Source: Paecilomyces variotii
Taxonomy: Eukaryota
Reading direction: 5' to 3' (one strand)
Assembly (NCBI GenBank): GCA_004022145.1
Contig: RCNU01000010.1
DNA length: 64,000 nucleotides
The notes under the pieces were generated by a model. It was given only the letters and a program-made list of their open reading frames with translations, was not told the origin of the DNA and ran no database searches. The position numbers were made by a program, and so were the translations under genes. Of the stretch, positions 37,651-51,157 are shown piece by piece (positions within the stretch are counted from its first letter, which is position 1; each line of letters opens with the position of its first letter).

Positions 37651-39033
37651 ATGGACGAGATCAGGAAATACGAGTTGTCTGATTTGGACAAAACGGGCAT
37701 CAAGAAGAGGGTGCAACTCGTCATATTCTATGAGCTCCAGCCCACCGTGGATCTCGACAAATTGATATCCTCCGTGAGGGAAGGGGTGAATAACGCAACA
37801 CGCCGATTACCATTCATGGCCGGGAATTTCAAGTTCGATAATACCGGCAGACCCTATATCGAAACACTTCCAGGAAGTGAGGTGGAAGTTTCCATCCGTC
37901 GGTTCGATTCCACGGAGCACCGGTCTTTATCTGCTTTGGCAAACCGTTCATACTCTCCCAACGATGTGCCTTTTGTCCAGTTTCTACCTGACGAGCCACC
38001 GGCTAAGAAACCGGTCCTTCTATCTGACGAGCCAGCGCCTAAGGAACCGGTCTGCGCCCTCCAAGTAAACCTCATCGAGGGTGGGTTGGTTCTGGGATTC
38101 CGAATGAACCATGCGGCTGGGGATTGGGCGTCTATCGATACATTCCTGTCTCTTGTCTGTCAAAGCAGTAAGGCATACCAGGAAGGCCTGAAGATGCCCA
38201 CCTACACACCGAATCTCAATAGAACTCCATTCAATGCCCCAGCAGCTGATCCGGCCATTTCGAGGCAAGACCATCTGGAACGCCTCCGCATCTTTCATGT
38301 TATGAACAAGAGTCAAATCAAACCAAAGCAGCTGCCAATATGTCGATATAGCATCTACACTATATCCGAACCGACTATCCAACAGCTCAAAGAGCAATGC
38401 ACCCCGCATCTGAGCGAGGTCGACTACATCAGCTCATATGACTGCATCTCGGCCCTCGTGTGGAAATCGCTCACGCGTATCCGCCTCCAAATTCACACGG
38501 AGAAATCGACCTCTCCATCCCATTTCGTCCACCCCATCGATGTCCGTTCGCGAGACCCAGAGAACAAAACATCCAAACAATACTTTGGCAACGCCGTTAT
38601 TGGAACTCAAGCTGGTCCTCTTACTGCCGAAGGCTTAGCATCGCACGGAGACCGCAGTCTTACAGCTGCTGCTACTGAGATTCGTAAATCCGTCAACTCC
38701 GTCAATTTGTCCACAATTAGCCATATGACCGCCCTCAATGCGTCCCTCGCTCATTGGGAGATACTCGGTTTAACTTCAGATTTTGATGATATGGACATAT
38801 TCATGAATTCCTGGTACTCAGGAAGCGCGGAAAAGTACGATATTGGGGCTGGTTCGGTCCCTGTTGCCTGTCGGCCGGCTGATGGTATGCCGGGATCTTG
38901 CGTTGTGATTTTGCCGAATTTTTCACGAGGAGAGACGAAGGTCTTTGAGGTTCTTGTAAATGTGACGGTTGAAGAGGACGAGTTGTTAAGGAAAGATGAG
39001 GAATTCTTGAAGTATTTCGAGCCTCTTGCGTGA
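37651..39033 (+). CDS. CoA-dependent acyltransferase, BAHD/Transferase family (Tri101-like O-acetyltransferase), intronless
   Basis: 460 aa. Motifs: N-terminal LSDLD, LPFMAG, PVCALQVNLIEGGLVLG..MNHAAGD (HxxxD), ISSYDCISALVW, DVRSR, YFGNA. The DFGWG motif is degenerate (YDIGAG). Confidence 0.85.
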   Translation: MDEIRKYELSDLDKTGIKKRVQLVIFYELQPTVDLDKLISSVREGVNNATRRLPFMAGNFKFDNTGRPYIETLPGSEVEVSIRRFDSTEHRSLSALANRSYSPNDVPFVQFLPDEPPAKKPVLLSDEPAPKEPVCALQVNLIEGGLVLGFRMNHAAGDWASIDTFLSLVCQSSKAYQEGLKMPTYTPNLNRTPFNAPAADPAISRQDHLERLRIFHVMNKSQIKPKQLPICRYSIYTISEPTIQQLKEQCTPHLSEVDYISSYDCISALVWKSLTRIRLQIHTEKSTSPSHFVHPIDVRSRDPENKTSKQYFGNAVIGTQAGPLTAEGLASHGDRSLTAAATEIRKSVNSVNLSTISHMTALNASLAHWEILGLTSDFDDMDIFMNSWYSGSAEKYDIGAGSVPVACRPADGMPGSCVVILPNFSRGETKVFEVLVNVTVEEDELLRKDEEFLKYFEPLA

Positions 39034-39591
39034 GAGGTTGATGTTGTTGCTATACTCGATATCGTCTTTGCTTGTTTACTCTTGTTACATACAATCATCA
39101 TCATCGTTATGATATTGCGTAGCGGCTGCTGGTTAATACATCTGAAGGTTTCGCACTTCCCGACAGAGATTAAAAGACCTCGACAGGTTGATACATCATG
39201 TTGCATGTTGTTTTGACTGACACGTATATAAAGTATAGTTGAGCAGATCAATAAATCTCCTAAGTGGATTGCTACTTTTTCTATCTAAATAATAATATAT
39301 AGACCTATTCGATCAGAGATATAGTGGACTAACAATCACAATCCTGTGATCGACATCCGAAAAGGAGTCACTATCTATCAGAATAAACCATGATCCAACA
39401 GATAACAGAGGAGTAGGTGGATATGTCCAAATCATCAGGTATCATCATGATCGAGAACCACTGTCAAGCAAGACACAAACAAACAAAACAGCTTTACACA
39501 CAAGTCAGCAGTCCAAGCGTTCATGTCCCAAGGTCAAATGTAATCATCCTGTCATAAGTCCTCGGTCATTGAAAACCAAATAAATCGTCGT

Positions 39592-42500
39592 TTAAACGCG
39601 CTCCACGAATTGAGCATTTCCAGTATTCTTCCTCGTGCTGGGGCTCTTCATGCTATCCAAGCCAAGACTCTTGCCACTCGTCCCGGTGAACGTTCTCGCA
39701 ATGGTGAAGAAGCCCTGTCTTAAACCGAGTTCATGCCCAATCTTCCTGTGACCTTCAGATCCATGGCCGTAGTCTTCGCCTTCGGCAAACCAGCCAGTGT
39801 ACCGCTTGACGGACTTCCAGGCCTCGATACCAAGGAAGAAGATAATGAGTCCGCCGAATGAAAGGCCCCATTCCCAGCTAATTCCTTGATGCTTGAAGAC
39901 ACGAGTATTCAAACCGGGGATATATATGGCAGGGAAAACAGAGATTGCGCCAATGACGACGGCCCAGAAGAGGAACTGGTTCTCCCAAACGTCGTGGAAG
40001 AAAGGGAAGGCCTTGAGGCCACGGTCTTCGCTACGGTCACGCACGGGATCCAGATTGAAAATGCTATTTCGGAGATGTTTGAATTCCCATGCGGAGATGA
40101 GGATCTGCCAGGTGAGTTCGGCAAAGACTGCGGCACGAGCACGGAAGACGATCTTGCATGAAGCGGATTCGTTGCCGTTGCAGTCGACTCCTAGAGCATC
40201 TTGCCCGTTGCCAACACCGTATACTATGATGACGAAGGTAAGTAATGTGGTGGTACCCATAATAAGGCCATACACCAACATGTCTGTGATGATCTGCCAT
40301 GTGAAAACACCCTTCTTGGTATCATGTGGTGGACGATGCATTATAGATGCTGAAGCTTTCTCGCGCCCAAGCCCAAAGGCAGGGAATGAGGATGTCAACA
40401 TATTGATCCAGAGAATCTGCAGAGGCGAGAGAGGGAAGACGGAAACTCCCTGTCGATCCTGGAAAGCAAGACCGACGACCAGAAGAACAACTTCGCCCAC
40501 ATTCGAGGTAAGGAGATGGAGTATGAACTTCTGGATGTTATCGAACATGCGTCTGCCTTCTTCAATAGCGTTGACAATGCTGGCAAAGTTATCGTCTGTG
40601 AGTACAATATCGGAAGCGGATTTTGCAACATCAGATCCTCCCATGCCCATGGCAATACCAACGTCGGAAGCCTGGAGAGAAGGAGCATCATTGACACCAT
40701 CACCGGTCATGGCGCAGTAGCGCTTGCGGCGATGGAGAGCAGCGATCATGCGGGTCTTCGTATCAGGAGCGCAACGTGCGATGACGAGGGGCAGTGTGGG
40801 CAGGGCGTCAATTTGTTCCTCAGTCATACCGTCAAATTCAGCTGCCGTTTTGACGAGCGAAGCTGCCTCCTCAGCGGACATGGTCCCGGCATTCTTCGGG
40901 ATAATACCGACCTCTTTCGCAATAGCACTCGCAGTGGAAGGGTGGTCACCGGTGAGCATATGAACTCGAATACCAGCAGTCGTACATTCTAGATCCGTCA
41001 GTAAAGTCAAATATCACATAAAGGAATCCAGCTCTGTTAGTAACTCACCTTTTACAGCGCCCTTAGTCTCCAGTCGTGGTGGATCATACAGACCAGCCAA
41101 ACCCAGCAGCGTCAAGTCCGACTCAATATCCTCTCTTGAGATATCTTCTCCTTTTGCGTCTCCAGGTGCCTGCTTCTGAGCAACAGCAAGGACACGGAGA
41201 CCTTGATCAGCCAAGAAGCTCATTTGCTCCAGGACCAGTTCCTTCATCTCAGAAGTCATCTGCTGCCGGTGCGCACCAGCGCCGACGGTCGTACATAAAT
41301 CCAATATACGTTCTACGGCTCCTTTGGTGAAGACCATGGCACCATTATCGCCGTTTCTTTGGTAGATGACAGACATGCGCTTCACAGTACTATCGAACGG
41401 GTATTCAGCAAGCTGTTTCCAGCCCCTTTCGCTCTCGAGCACTTTCTTTCCAAAGCTGAACCGATGAGCAAAGACTTGCAATGCGATCTCTGTGGGATCG
41501 CCCATTGTCTTCCACTTGTTTGAATCGGCATCATGACGAACAGTGGCAAGGTTACAAAGAGCGGCAGCGTGGAGGAAAGACTCCAGTTCGGGAACGATTT
41601 CCGGAAGAGGAGGATTATCACCATTAGAATATTCTTTCTCGTTAACCTTTTCATCTGCATGGAGCTGGTCCTTCTCCCGCTTTTCAGGCGGAAGTTCGAA
41701 CTTCAAAGCAGCAGCACTTCGCGACTGATCTCGCTCTGAACGCTGACGCTCTTGTTCCTCTTCAGCTTCTTTCTTCGAAGCCGGGGCCTGTCCCAGAGAG
41801 ACAGTACCGCGAGTCGGATCATTGGCATCATCTGCGTTGCTGAGACTGTAAATCCCAACACCGGGGATCCAGGCCTTGCGCGTGATCATCTGGCCTTGAG
41901 TGAGCGTTCCTGTCTTGTCAGAGCAGATGTTCGTAATGCCACCAAGTGCTTCAAGAGCCGACAGCTGTCTCACGACCACTCGCTTCTTGCGCATCTCCGT
42001 CATTCCAACAACCATAGTGATGGTCAAAACGGCAATCAGGGACTCGGGGATGATAGCAATTCCTACATTCGTTAGCTCAGGACGAGGATGGTTCTTGAAG
42101 CAAGAGACGAAAACATACCGGTAGAGATAGCATAGATTGCAACCTCATTTGTCACATTGAACTTGTTCACTCCAAAGACAATGATAGCTAGGATGATAGC
42201 ACACCCAAAAAGAGTGTACGCCAACTTGCTCAACTTGATCTGCAACGGCGTACCCTCAGTCAGACCTAAGAATTTACCAACACCATCCCAGATCCGAAGA
42301 GACAGACCCTTGACAGGCTGGAAATGGCCACCCTTCTTCCGGGACAAAGAGCGGTTTGGCTTCCTCTTCTTTCCCTGCATGGACTGTGCGATCTTGCCAA
42401 TTTCCGTGAACATGCCCGTGAAGACAACAATGCCGCGACCACGGCCTTTCGTCACGGTCGAAGAAGAATAGGCCATGTTGAGGCGGTCACCTACACCTGT

Positions 42501-43515
42501 GGAAAGCTCATCCTTGTCCGTGGTGTCAAAGTCTGCCTCTTTGGCAACGGGGATAGCTTCACCAGTAAGGATTTTCTCGTCGCACTCGAGGTTCATGCAT
42601 TCGAAAATACGGAGGTCAGCGGGGACGGTGTCGCCTGTCTTGATCAGGACAATGTCTCCAGGGACGACTTCGCCTGATGGGATAGTGGTCGTCTGTCCAT
42701 TGCGAATGACTGTTGCAGAGGGAGAGGAAAGGGATCGCAGGGAGTCCATTTTCTTTTCAGCTTGGAATTCTTGGAAGAATCCAATAAGGACGTTAGCCAC
42801 GATGACGGCGGTGATGACTCCGCCTTCGATGTAGTCCGAGACACCGTATGCGAGGGCCATGGCGAGAATAAGAACCTGTTCATCATCGGGAGTTCGTTAG
42901 CAAGAGTTCAAGTATGGTATCCGTAGTTTCAGGAGGAAGAGCCCAGAGTTGAGATGTGTTCAACTCTCCATGAGCGGCACAGTAAATATACTTCCGACAG
43001 ATGGAAAGTGAGCAGAATGAAAGAAATGGAGCACAGTGCTTTTGATCGTAATCGGACCATTCCAATGTACCATAAGATTGATTTTCTTCTCCTGTCGAAT
43101 TGCTATGGCAATCTATATGGAAACACCAGACAATTCCCTCTGGGGAGCCCAACAATAAAGGAAGAACAAGAGAAACTGAAATAGTATCGACCATCTAACT
43201 ACTCCCACACTATACGCCTCTGAGAGAGCATAACATGACCACAAACCACCCATAAAAAAAAACAGAGAAGAACTAGCAACTCACCATAATCATCGCATTA
43301 GAAATCTGCTTTCCCAGAATCGAATACCACTTAACAGCGCCTTCGCCTTCCAGCCTATTAGGTCCATAACGCTGCTGGAGTTCCTGCACCTGAGTGTCCG
43401 AGAGACCATTCTCCATATCCGTTCGGAGAAAGCTCGTCGTCTCCTCGACGGACATCAAGAAGGGATGTCTCTCGAAGCCCTGCTTACGGGAGGCATCTTT
43501 CTTTGAACCACTCAT
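39592..43515 (-). CDS. ena1: P-type ATPase IID, Na+/K+ efflux pump (ENA family), 4 exons
   Basis: ATG at 43515. Introns are 42876-43284, about 42063-42118 and about 40989-41048. Motifs: DEKILTGEAIPV, IIPESL, ICSDKTGTLT, KGAVE, MLTGDH, TGDGVNDAPSL, LSPLQILWINMLTSSFPAFGLG. Confidence 0.93.
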
Positions 43516-43563
43516 GATAAATCGTGATTTAGACTTGTTCACTTGATGATGGTGCCGTTTCTC

Positions 43564-44789
43564 CTTGGCCTGTTTGCGTATAGCCTTGGGGGACCGGAGT
43601 CGATGATGCTGGTACTCATAAAAGAGGGTACGTCCTTGGATCGGATAGAAGATAGTTAATCTCGGTGATATATTCGTATAATATCAGAAAACGAACGAAT
43701 AATTCAATCTCGGCCGTTATTTATTCAGGAGAAAGAAATTACAACCCCCCAAAAACAAGAAAGAAGCGGGGTACCAACCGCCTCTTATATAGACCTACCT
43801 TTTCTCCTTATCTTCAATCCTCAATGGCCTGACGCACTGAGATGCCTAGAACTCTGTTCCGAACCAAGGCTCCATTATCCAAGGAATAACGTTCCGTGAT
43901 TCTGGGTACGTATATCCGCAAGCGTGCCAATATGAACCATTATCAACAGCCAAGAAAAGCTCGTATATCATCCGACCGTTCGCACAGACGCTCTTCGATC
44001 TTACTGGCCAATAGACCAACAGGCGGAGAGTATGGATTATCTTATCTTGGCTCTTGGCTCTTGGCGCAGGCGGCGGAAAGACGGCGGACTTGCCTAGATG
44101 AGGGGGGCCTTCGGAAACTTGTCCGCTAACATAATGCCGGTTTCTAGTGCGTTGAACTACGGTTCTCCTGTGGTGGTTATGGGTGCCGCGGAGAAGTAAC
44201 TCCGGGTCTGTCGAACTCTAAACAATCATGACTCTTGCATTTTCGCCCCTGTGAAGAAGAAGAGTCAGAAGAAATGGAAATCATTCCAGAGATATGGATA
44301 ATTCATTGATTCCATCTCAGAGATATTCTCTATCACTGATATATAGATCTATCTATCTCAAATAAACAAGATGATAAGCCGCCGAATCAAGCAACGGAAC
44401 AGCATGTGCTTATCCCCAGAAATACTATAGTTACTATAGGCATAACACTATATAAGAAAAAGAATATTGATAAGAGACCTGAATATGCCGACATTGAATT
44501 GCATAATTGCATAATTGCATCAACGGCTTAAGGCACAGTGCCCCAGAAGAGTTCCAAGAAGTAGTTCCATGGAACAACGATAACTATCAGCATAGTGCCA
44601 ACATCCCCAAGCCCCGCGTTACCAATGATACACCCACGCGGGGAAGCGTCATGGAGATGATGGTATTTGTCAGTCGACAAACTCCTAACTAGTTGGTCGG
44701 AGCTGGCTCTCCAACCAGAAATACCATGTCGCAACCGGTCGGACGTCGGAGGTTCCCATTTTCCACGACGGCGCCAAGGCCATGCCAAG
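43564..44789. promoter_or_regulatory. Cluster of PacC-type GCCARG sites upstream of ENA
   Basis: GCCAAG/CTTGGC at 43564, 43949, 44046, 44053, 44060, 44773 and 44784. Confidence 0.65.
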
Positions 44790-45620
44790 CCCGCCGCTCG
44801 CCACGCCGAGAAGTCCGGAGAGGAGCGGGCGCTTTTGGTCTTCCTTCCCACCAATGTGCGGTGGGCAGGAGGCGAGATAGTCCTTGTTAGGCAGTTTGTA
44901 CGCGGCATCTCGCATACAATATGGTGAAGAGGATATGCATGTGTATCTTTTTGTCTGGAAAGCCTGTTGTGTAGATAAAGGAGCAATGTTGACTGTGAAT
45001 AATTCCTTCGTGTTACTACCACAGCGGGTCTTACCCACGACTAAATGGAGGATATTGCAGAATAGCTTATTCAGAGAAGAGATGGATTGTTGGTATATTG
45101 TACTGTCTGCTTATATTAACAATACAGGATGAGGGCACAGCTCAGATCGGCTGAATAATTCGCTTGAGCGATAATGCCAGCCGCATGGAGAAGACTGTTT
45201 TGATGCTATGCTCATCGCTTTTTGAGAAGTATGTACATACGTGTCTCTCAGCACAATGGATCAGTTAGAAACTGTCGCTAAGGCTGCCACAGACAACGGA
45301 TAGTGTTGATCACCACGAATGGGAGACTGAACAGGGAAATGAATTGTGGTGTCTGCACTGTATGTCATGGATATCTTCGGAGACCACCAGTGTCACAATA
45401 GTGCCCCCAGTAGTGTCTGCACTTCTCTGGTCGGCTCGAAGTCTAGCATGCATCTCTATCAAATGACACGCCTGACCAAGGTCTAGTACGGCCATCTGGA
45501 GTACATTCCATCGCAGATGAATATGCTAAAATCTGGATTCGACTGGAGATAGGTCTAAGGAAGGACCCGACGTCACGTCGATCGTTTCTCAAGAATGCAG
45601 GCTCGTTCCCTTTAAATCTC

Positions 45621-47820
45621 CTATCTCTTGCCTTTCCCTCTGTTCTTCTTCTTCTTGGAACTTTCTGCCTCTGGGATACTTATTGTTCCCTCAACCACGT
45701 CTTCACTTTGGTTTTTCAGCCTTTCCGATCCGCTGATAAAGAAGGTGAGGTCGCGGTTCTGTTCGCTCAAGTCCGCATTCTCAGCCTTGAGCTTTTCTAC
45801 CTCTGCAGTCAGGAATTCGACGCGCTGCATCAGACTCTCGTTCATAGTCTTCTCTTCACGCCACTCCTTTTCCATTTTGCGCGCCATGCCCTCGAATTTC
45901 TCTGCTCGCTTCTCCGCCCGGGTCTTATCGCGCTCGAGGCCGGGAATAGTCTCGTGGGTCAAAGTATCGTACTGTTGTTGTAGGCTCGTCAGACTTGCAG
46001 TGGCTTTTTCAGCAGCCTCCTGCGCCGCTGATGCAGCATTGCTCGCTTGCGACGCTTTATCGGCTGCACGTTCGAGAATTTCTTCAAAGTACGCACGTTG
46101 ACTCTCAAGTTGACTGGTAAGAAGGTGCGTGTACTCGACACTCATGTTCTCCAGCTTTTCGCGCGGCACGGCGTCTTCCCAGTCTGGCGGATCGAGCGCA
46201 CTGTCATCAGCGGCAGGCAATTCGACAAGCTTGCCGTCAGTCTTGCTTTGAATGATGCGATGCACGTAACCATCGCCCACGTAATCCCAAACCCGTTGTG
46301 TGGCAAGGTCCATGGCGAAGGCGTGAGACGTCTGCTTGAAGTGAGCAAATGCGTGAGCACCATCGTAACGGCCGCAGCCAATATTTCCGCATATCAGGCA
46401 CAGCCAAAGATTTAGTTCTGAATGACAGACACTGCATTCGCAGGGCCCCTCGCCCAAATCCAAGCTCTGGCGTCTTGCTAAACCATCCTGCGTATATCGA
46501 CACACTGGACATCCGCTCCCTTTCCATTTTTGTAGGCAGGTACAGTGGAAGACATGTTGGCATATGATGGTTAATAACCCTGTCGTCTCGTCCATCCGTT
46601 CCAGACAGACAGGACAGGTTGGGAGCTCTATCAGCGAGGGGGTTGGCGGAGCGAGAGGTTTGCTGGAGAGAGAAGCGGTGGACAGAGAACTAGTTTGGCC
46701 TGTTAGGTTTGCCGTTGTTGACTGTGTAAGACTCCGATCGCCGGAGTCAGTAGCATCTGCAGTCACTGCCTGTATTTCGACCGTCTTCACGAAAACGACA
46801 TGGCAGGTCTCGGGCTGAGAAATATCCACTTATCAGCATCTCAAGCTATCAACAAGCGCACATATGCTCTTGTAGACTCACCTCCATACTGTTAAACACC
46901 TTCCCATTCCACTCCCTCTGCCATTCTCTCGCCCTCCTCCCATTGCGGAACTTCATCAAAACCATGTAGCGATTGGCCCTAGCCGTCCGGATCATGCGGA
47001 AGTGACTGACATCGTCCCTGGTCCGCTCACCGACAAAGCCAAAGAAATCAGACGGTGACATATACGACGGTACTGCCAAGATACAGAGGGTCGTGCAGTC
47101 TTCATCTGGTGGCGTCGTCGACGAGCTTCGTCCCGCCCCGCCGTCTACTTGATAGTTGCTGCTCCCACCCAGTCGATCGCGGGGCTGTCGCGCGGCAGAC
47201 GATCCCTTCAGCTCTGCCGGGTAGTCATCTACACCGAGAGAGGGTGTCTCCTTAGCATCTCGGTACAGGTGCACGATACCCCAGACGCTGTCCGATACTT
47301 TCTGGTCTAGAGGAACGTATCGGCCCTTTGTATGCAGACCACCTAAGATATCCGTTCCAATGCCCGTGGTCACCGGATTGCTCCCAGCTAGACCTCTATC
47401 GCCCCGTTTCGACTGTGCTGTATTCTGTTCTGGTGGTACCATATCGATGCTCTCAATATACAACCTGTCCAATCTCAAGTCGTTGTTGATTGCGGTGAGA
47501 GTGTTCGGGGACTGAGTAACTGAGGGAGGAGGATGCGGGGGTATGTCCGTAACGGTCTCCGTGAAATCACTGCCGGATTGATACTGTGAAGCATTCACCA
47601 CCTGTGGCGTCAGACATTGATCTCTGCGGCCGGATGCGCGCAGGCCGCGTCCTGAGGATTTGTGATGCCGTCGCTTCTGGAACGGAAGCAGAGCTTCACA
47701 TGCAGATTCAAACGATAAGGATATCTGCGGGGAAGTCGTCTCGCTCTGATCAGCGTCAGCGGAACGGGATCGCTCGCAAGGAAGTAGCTCAAGCGATATA
47801 TGATAAAAATATGAGGGCAT
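45621..47820 (-). CDS. ETP1: BRAP2/ETP1-type RING and UBP zinc-finger ubiquitin ligase, 2 exons
   Basis: BRAP2 domain (LCILAVPSYMSPSDF...RYMVLMKFR...FNSME|PETCHVVFV), RING ELPTCPVCLERMDE...CQHVFHCTCL, zf-UBP LWLCLICGNIGCGRYD..HA..HF, and a C-terminal coiled coil. Confidence 0.92.
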
Positions 47821-48243
47821 CCCGGCGCCAGTTCATATTGCTGTCCGCGTCACAAAGTAGCTAGGCATTACTAGTTGGTGGGATAGCTCATTTCTGGGGT
47901 AGAGGAAACGGTTGGCACGTGACAGTATGCAGGATGCCAAGCCTGCGATTACGATAAGCTATCGGACCGCCACGGTGGCGAAATAATGAAGCAACTACGA
48001 GCTTAGACTACGAGCGGCAAATGGCAAATCGCTACAGAAACAAAGATCTTCAGGGGTTATGCAGAATGAAGTCTATTCATTCGGGGTCTCAATAGTTTAA
48101 AAGTCCATGTATATGTTAGAGAAAGTGGGACGCGAAGGTCTCCCGAGTCATAAAAGCCGTCCAGACCATCCAAACGCCATGCAGGCCATGCAAATCCATA
48201 GCCGAATCATAACCGAAGACAAGCAAACAGTATCATCAACCGC

Positions 48244-49280
<1,037 letters not shown>

Positions 49281-51157
49281 GATGACTATCGACGATAACG
49301 GAGTCTCTGTAGAAGGTAGGGGCTCTCTTGAGCGACTGAGGAGTGTGGAGAGATGGAAGAGTGAGAGTTGGAGTGGATGAAAGATGAAAGATGGAAGAAG
49401 AGGAAGAAGCAAAGAAGAAGGGTGATGTCGGATCGATGGAGGGGAGGTTTAAGTAGGAGGAGGAGGTGGAGGCGAAGCCGGGCGGGTTAGTCAGAGCTGC
49501 CTAGGATGAGGAGACAGGCTGATACGGCGAGTGGCCACCGCTCACGGCAAGTGAACCTCGCAGCTGCCAGCAGTTTCCGGCCGACAGCTGGTCTCTGATA
49601 GGCGCGCGGCGAGTGCGTGGCTGGGGAAGCTGCTAGAAGCTTGCTGACCCAGGCAGTAACCAGAGGCATCCCAGAGCCTAAGGCCGTCACTACTAGGGAC
49701 TATTAGAAGCAGGACCTTGGGGGGGAACACTTCGATGGCCATGGCGCCGCTGACGCCATTCACTGCGCTCTCGCCGTGCTTCTGTCGTCGACTGTACTCT
49801 ATCTCGCAGCATTCGAGATTATGGTTATTAGTTATCATTGTCTCAATGCTGACTATGAAACTGGTCCAAGTCAACTACGACGTCTCCCGGCTGGATTGCG
49901 ACACCCCCATCAGGTACCGACCCCCTCAAGGTTTCCCCTAGCCACAGACAGCCACAGGCAGGATCCCGAGGCCAAGATCGACACTGGACAGAGTGTCTGA
50001 TTAACTAGTCTTGATGTCCTATTGATGTCCTATTTTACAGTCGAACGATGCCAACATCGCCTGTCAGCAGATGCATGCATTCATCTCTGATCAACGGATG
50101 TCTGCTATCGTGACAATGACGTGGTGACGCCTTATCGCCAGCAGACGCCGGTGGGCTTAGTGGACACGGGAACGGGCATTGGCGCAGATTACGGATCCGT
50201 TATGCTCGACGATTACGGAAACCTCCGACTATCTACTACTGCCTTAGTTGATCACTAGCGCTTCTCCGTTCTCTGCCCCCAGTCCTCACCGCTGCCACGA
50301 CCTTACGACACTAGATCTACGAGACTAGCTCTCCAAATAGATGCACTTGTAGGATGTGACCACATCTTTGCAATGCGGGAGCTCCTGGTACTTCGCCAGG
50401 GTGATCGTAGCAGGGATGGAGTCTGTTACTACTGAATAACGCCTGGGACACAGGTTCAACACGCTAGGAATAGAATCGATATTGATGTCTTCGTCATATG
50501 TAACTGTCGAGCCATCCAGGCTCGTCACGATCTGTCCAAGATCCAGATTGTGGCCATGCCCAGCACGTCCGCCGCCAGGGCTGTCTCATTGTACTTTTTT
50601 CTCTTTTTTTGCCTGCCGGACGGCCTCTCGGGCCACAGCAACCAACGACCCCGAGCCCTGGAGATCGCCTTTTCCAAAACAACAAAAAAAAAGGAAGAAA
50701 AAAAAAGGAAAACAAAGCAGGTGAAAGTCAACGCTCAATGCACATTAAATCAAGAGAGAAAAAAAAAAACACAGCAGCTGAAAAGAAATGAATAAGCAGA
50801 ACAAATCAATAACACATCGCATCAACTATACGCCGTAGATGAACTGGTTCGTGACCTCTGACCGTACAAAGTCATAACGTTCGTGATCCTCGTCGCTGCT
50901 GTTCGGAAAACATCTTGCGAGAAATATATGTCACTGCGAAGCAGAAGTAGAATCGGAAGGTCACGGAGAGCAAAGAAAACGGGAAAAGGAGAAGGAAAGA
51001 GCGCTTGAACGACGGCAGGACTCCGGTAGGCGCCGCAAAAATAATCGAAAGACGATCAAATCTCATACGGATCATATCGTGCCATAATATGCGGAGGCCA
51101 TAACAAAAACTACATCAGTCGTCTCTCCATAATGCTTCGTATCGGGGCATGTTTTTT

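Noticed and set aside
39893-40720. 275-aa plus-strand ORF
   Set aside because: It is antisense to the ENA ATPase, a codon-bias artefact.
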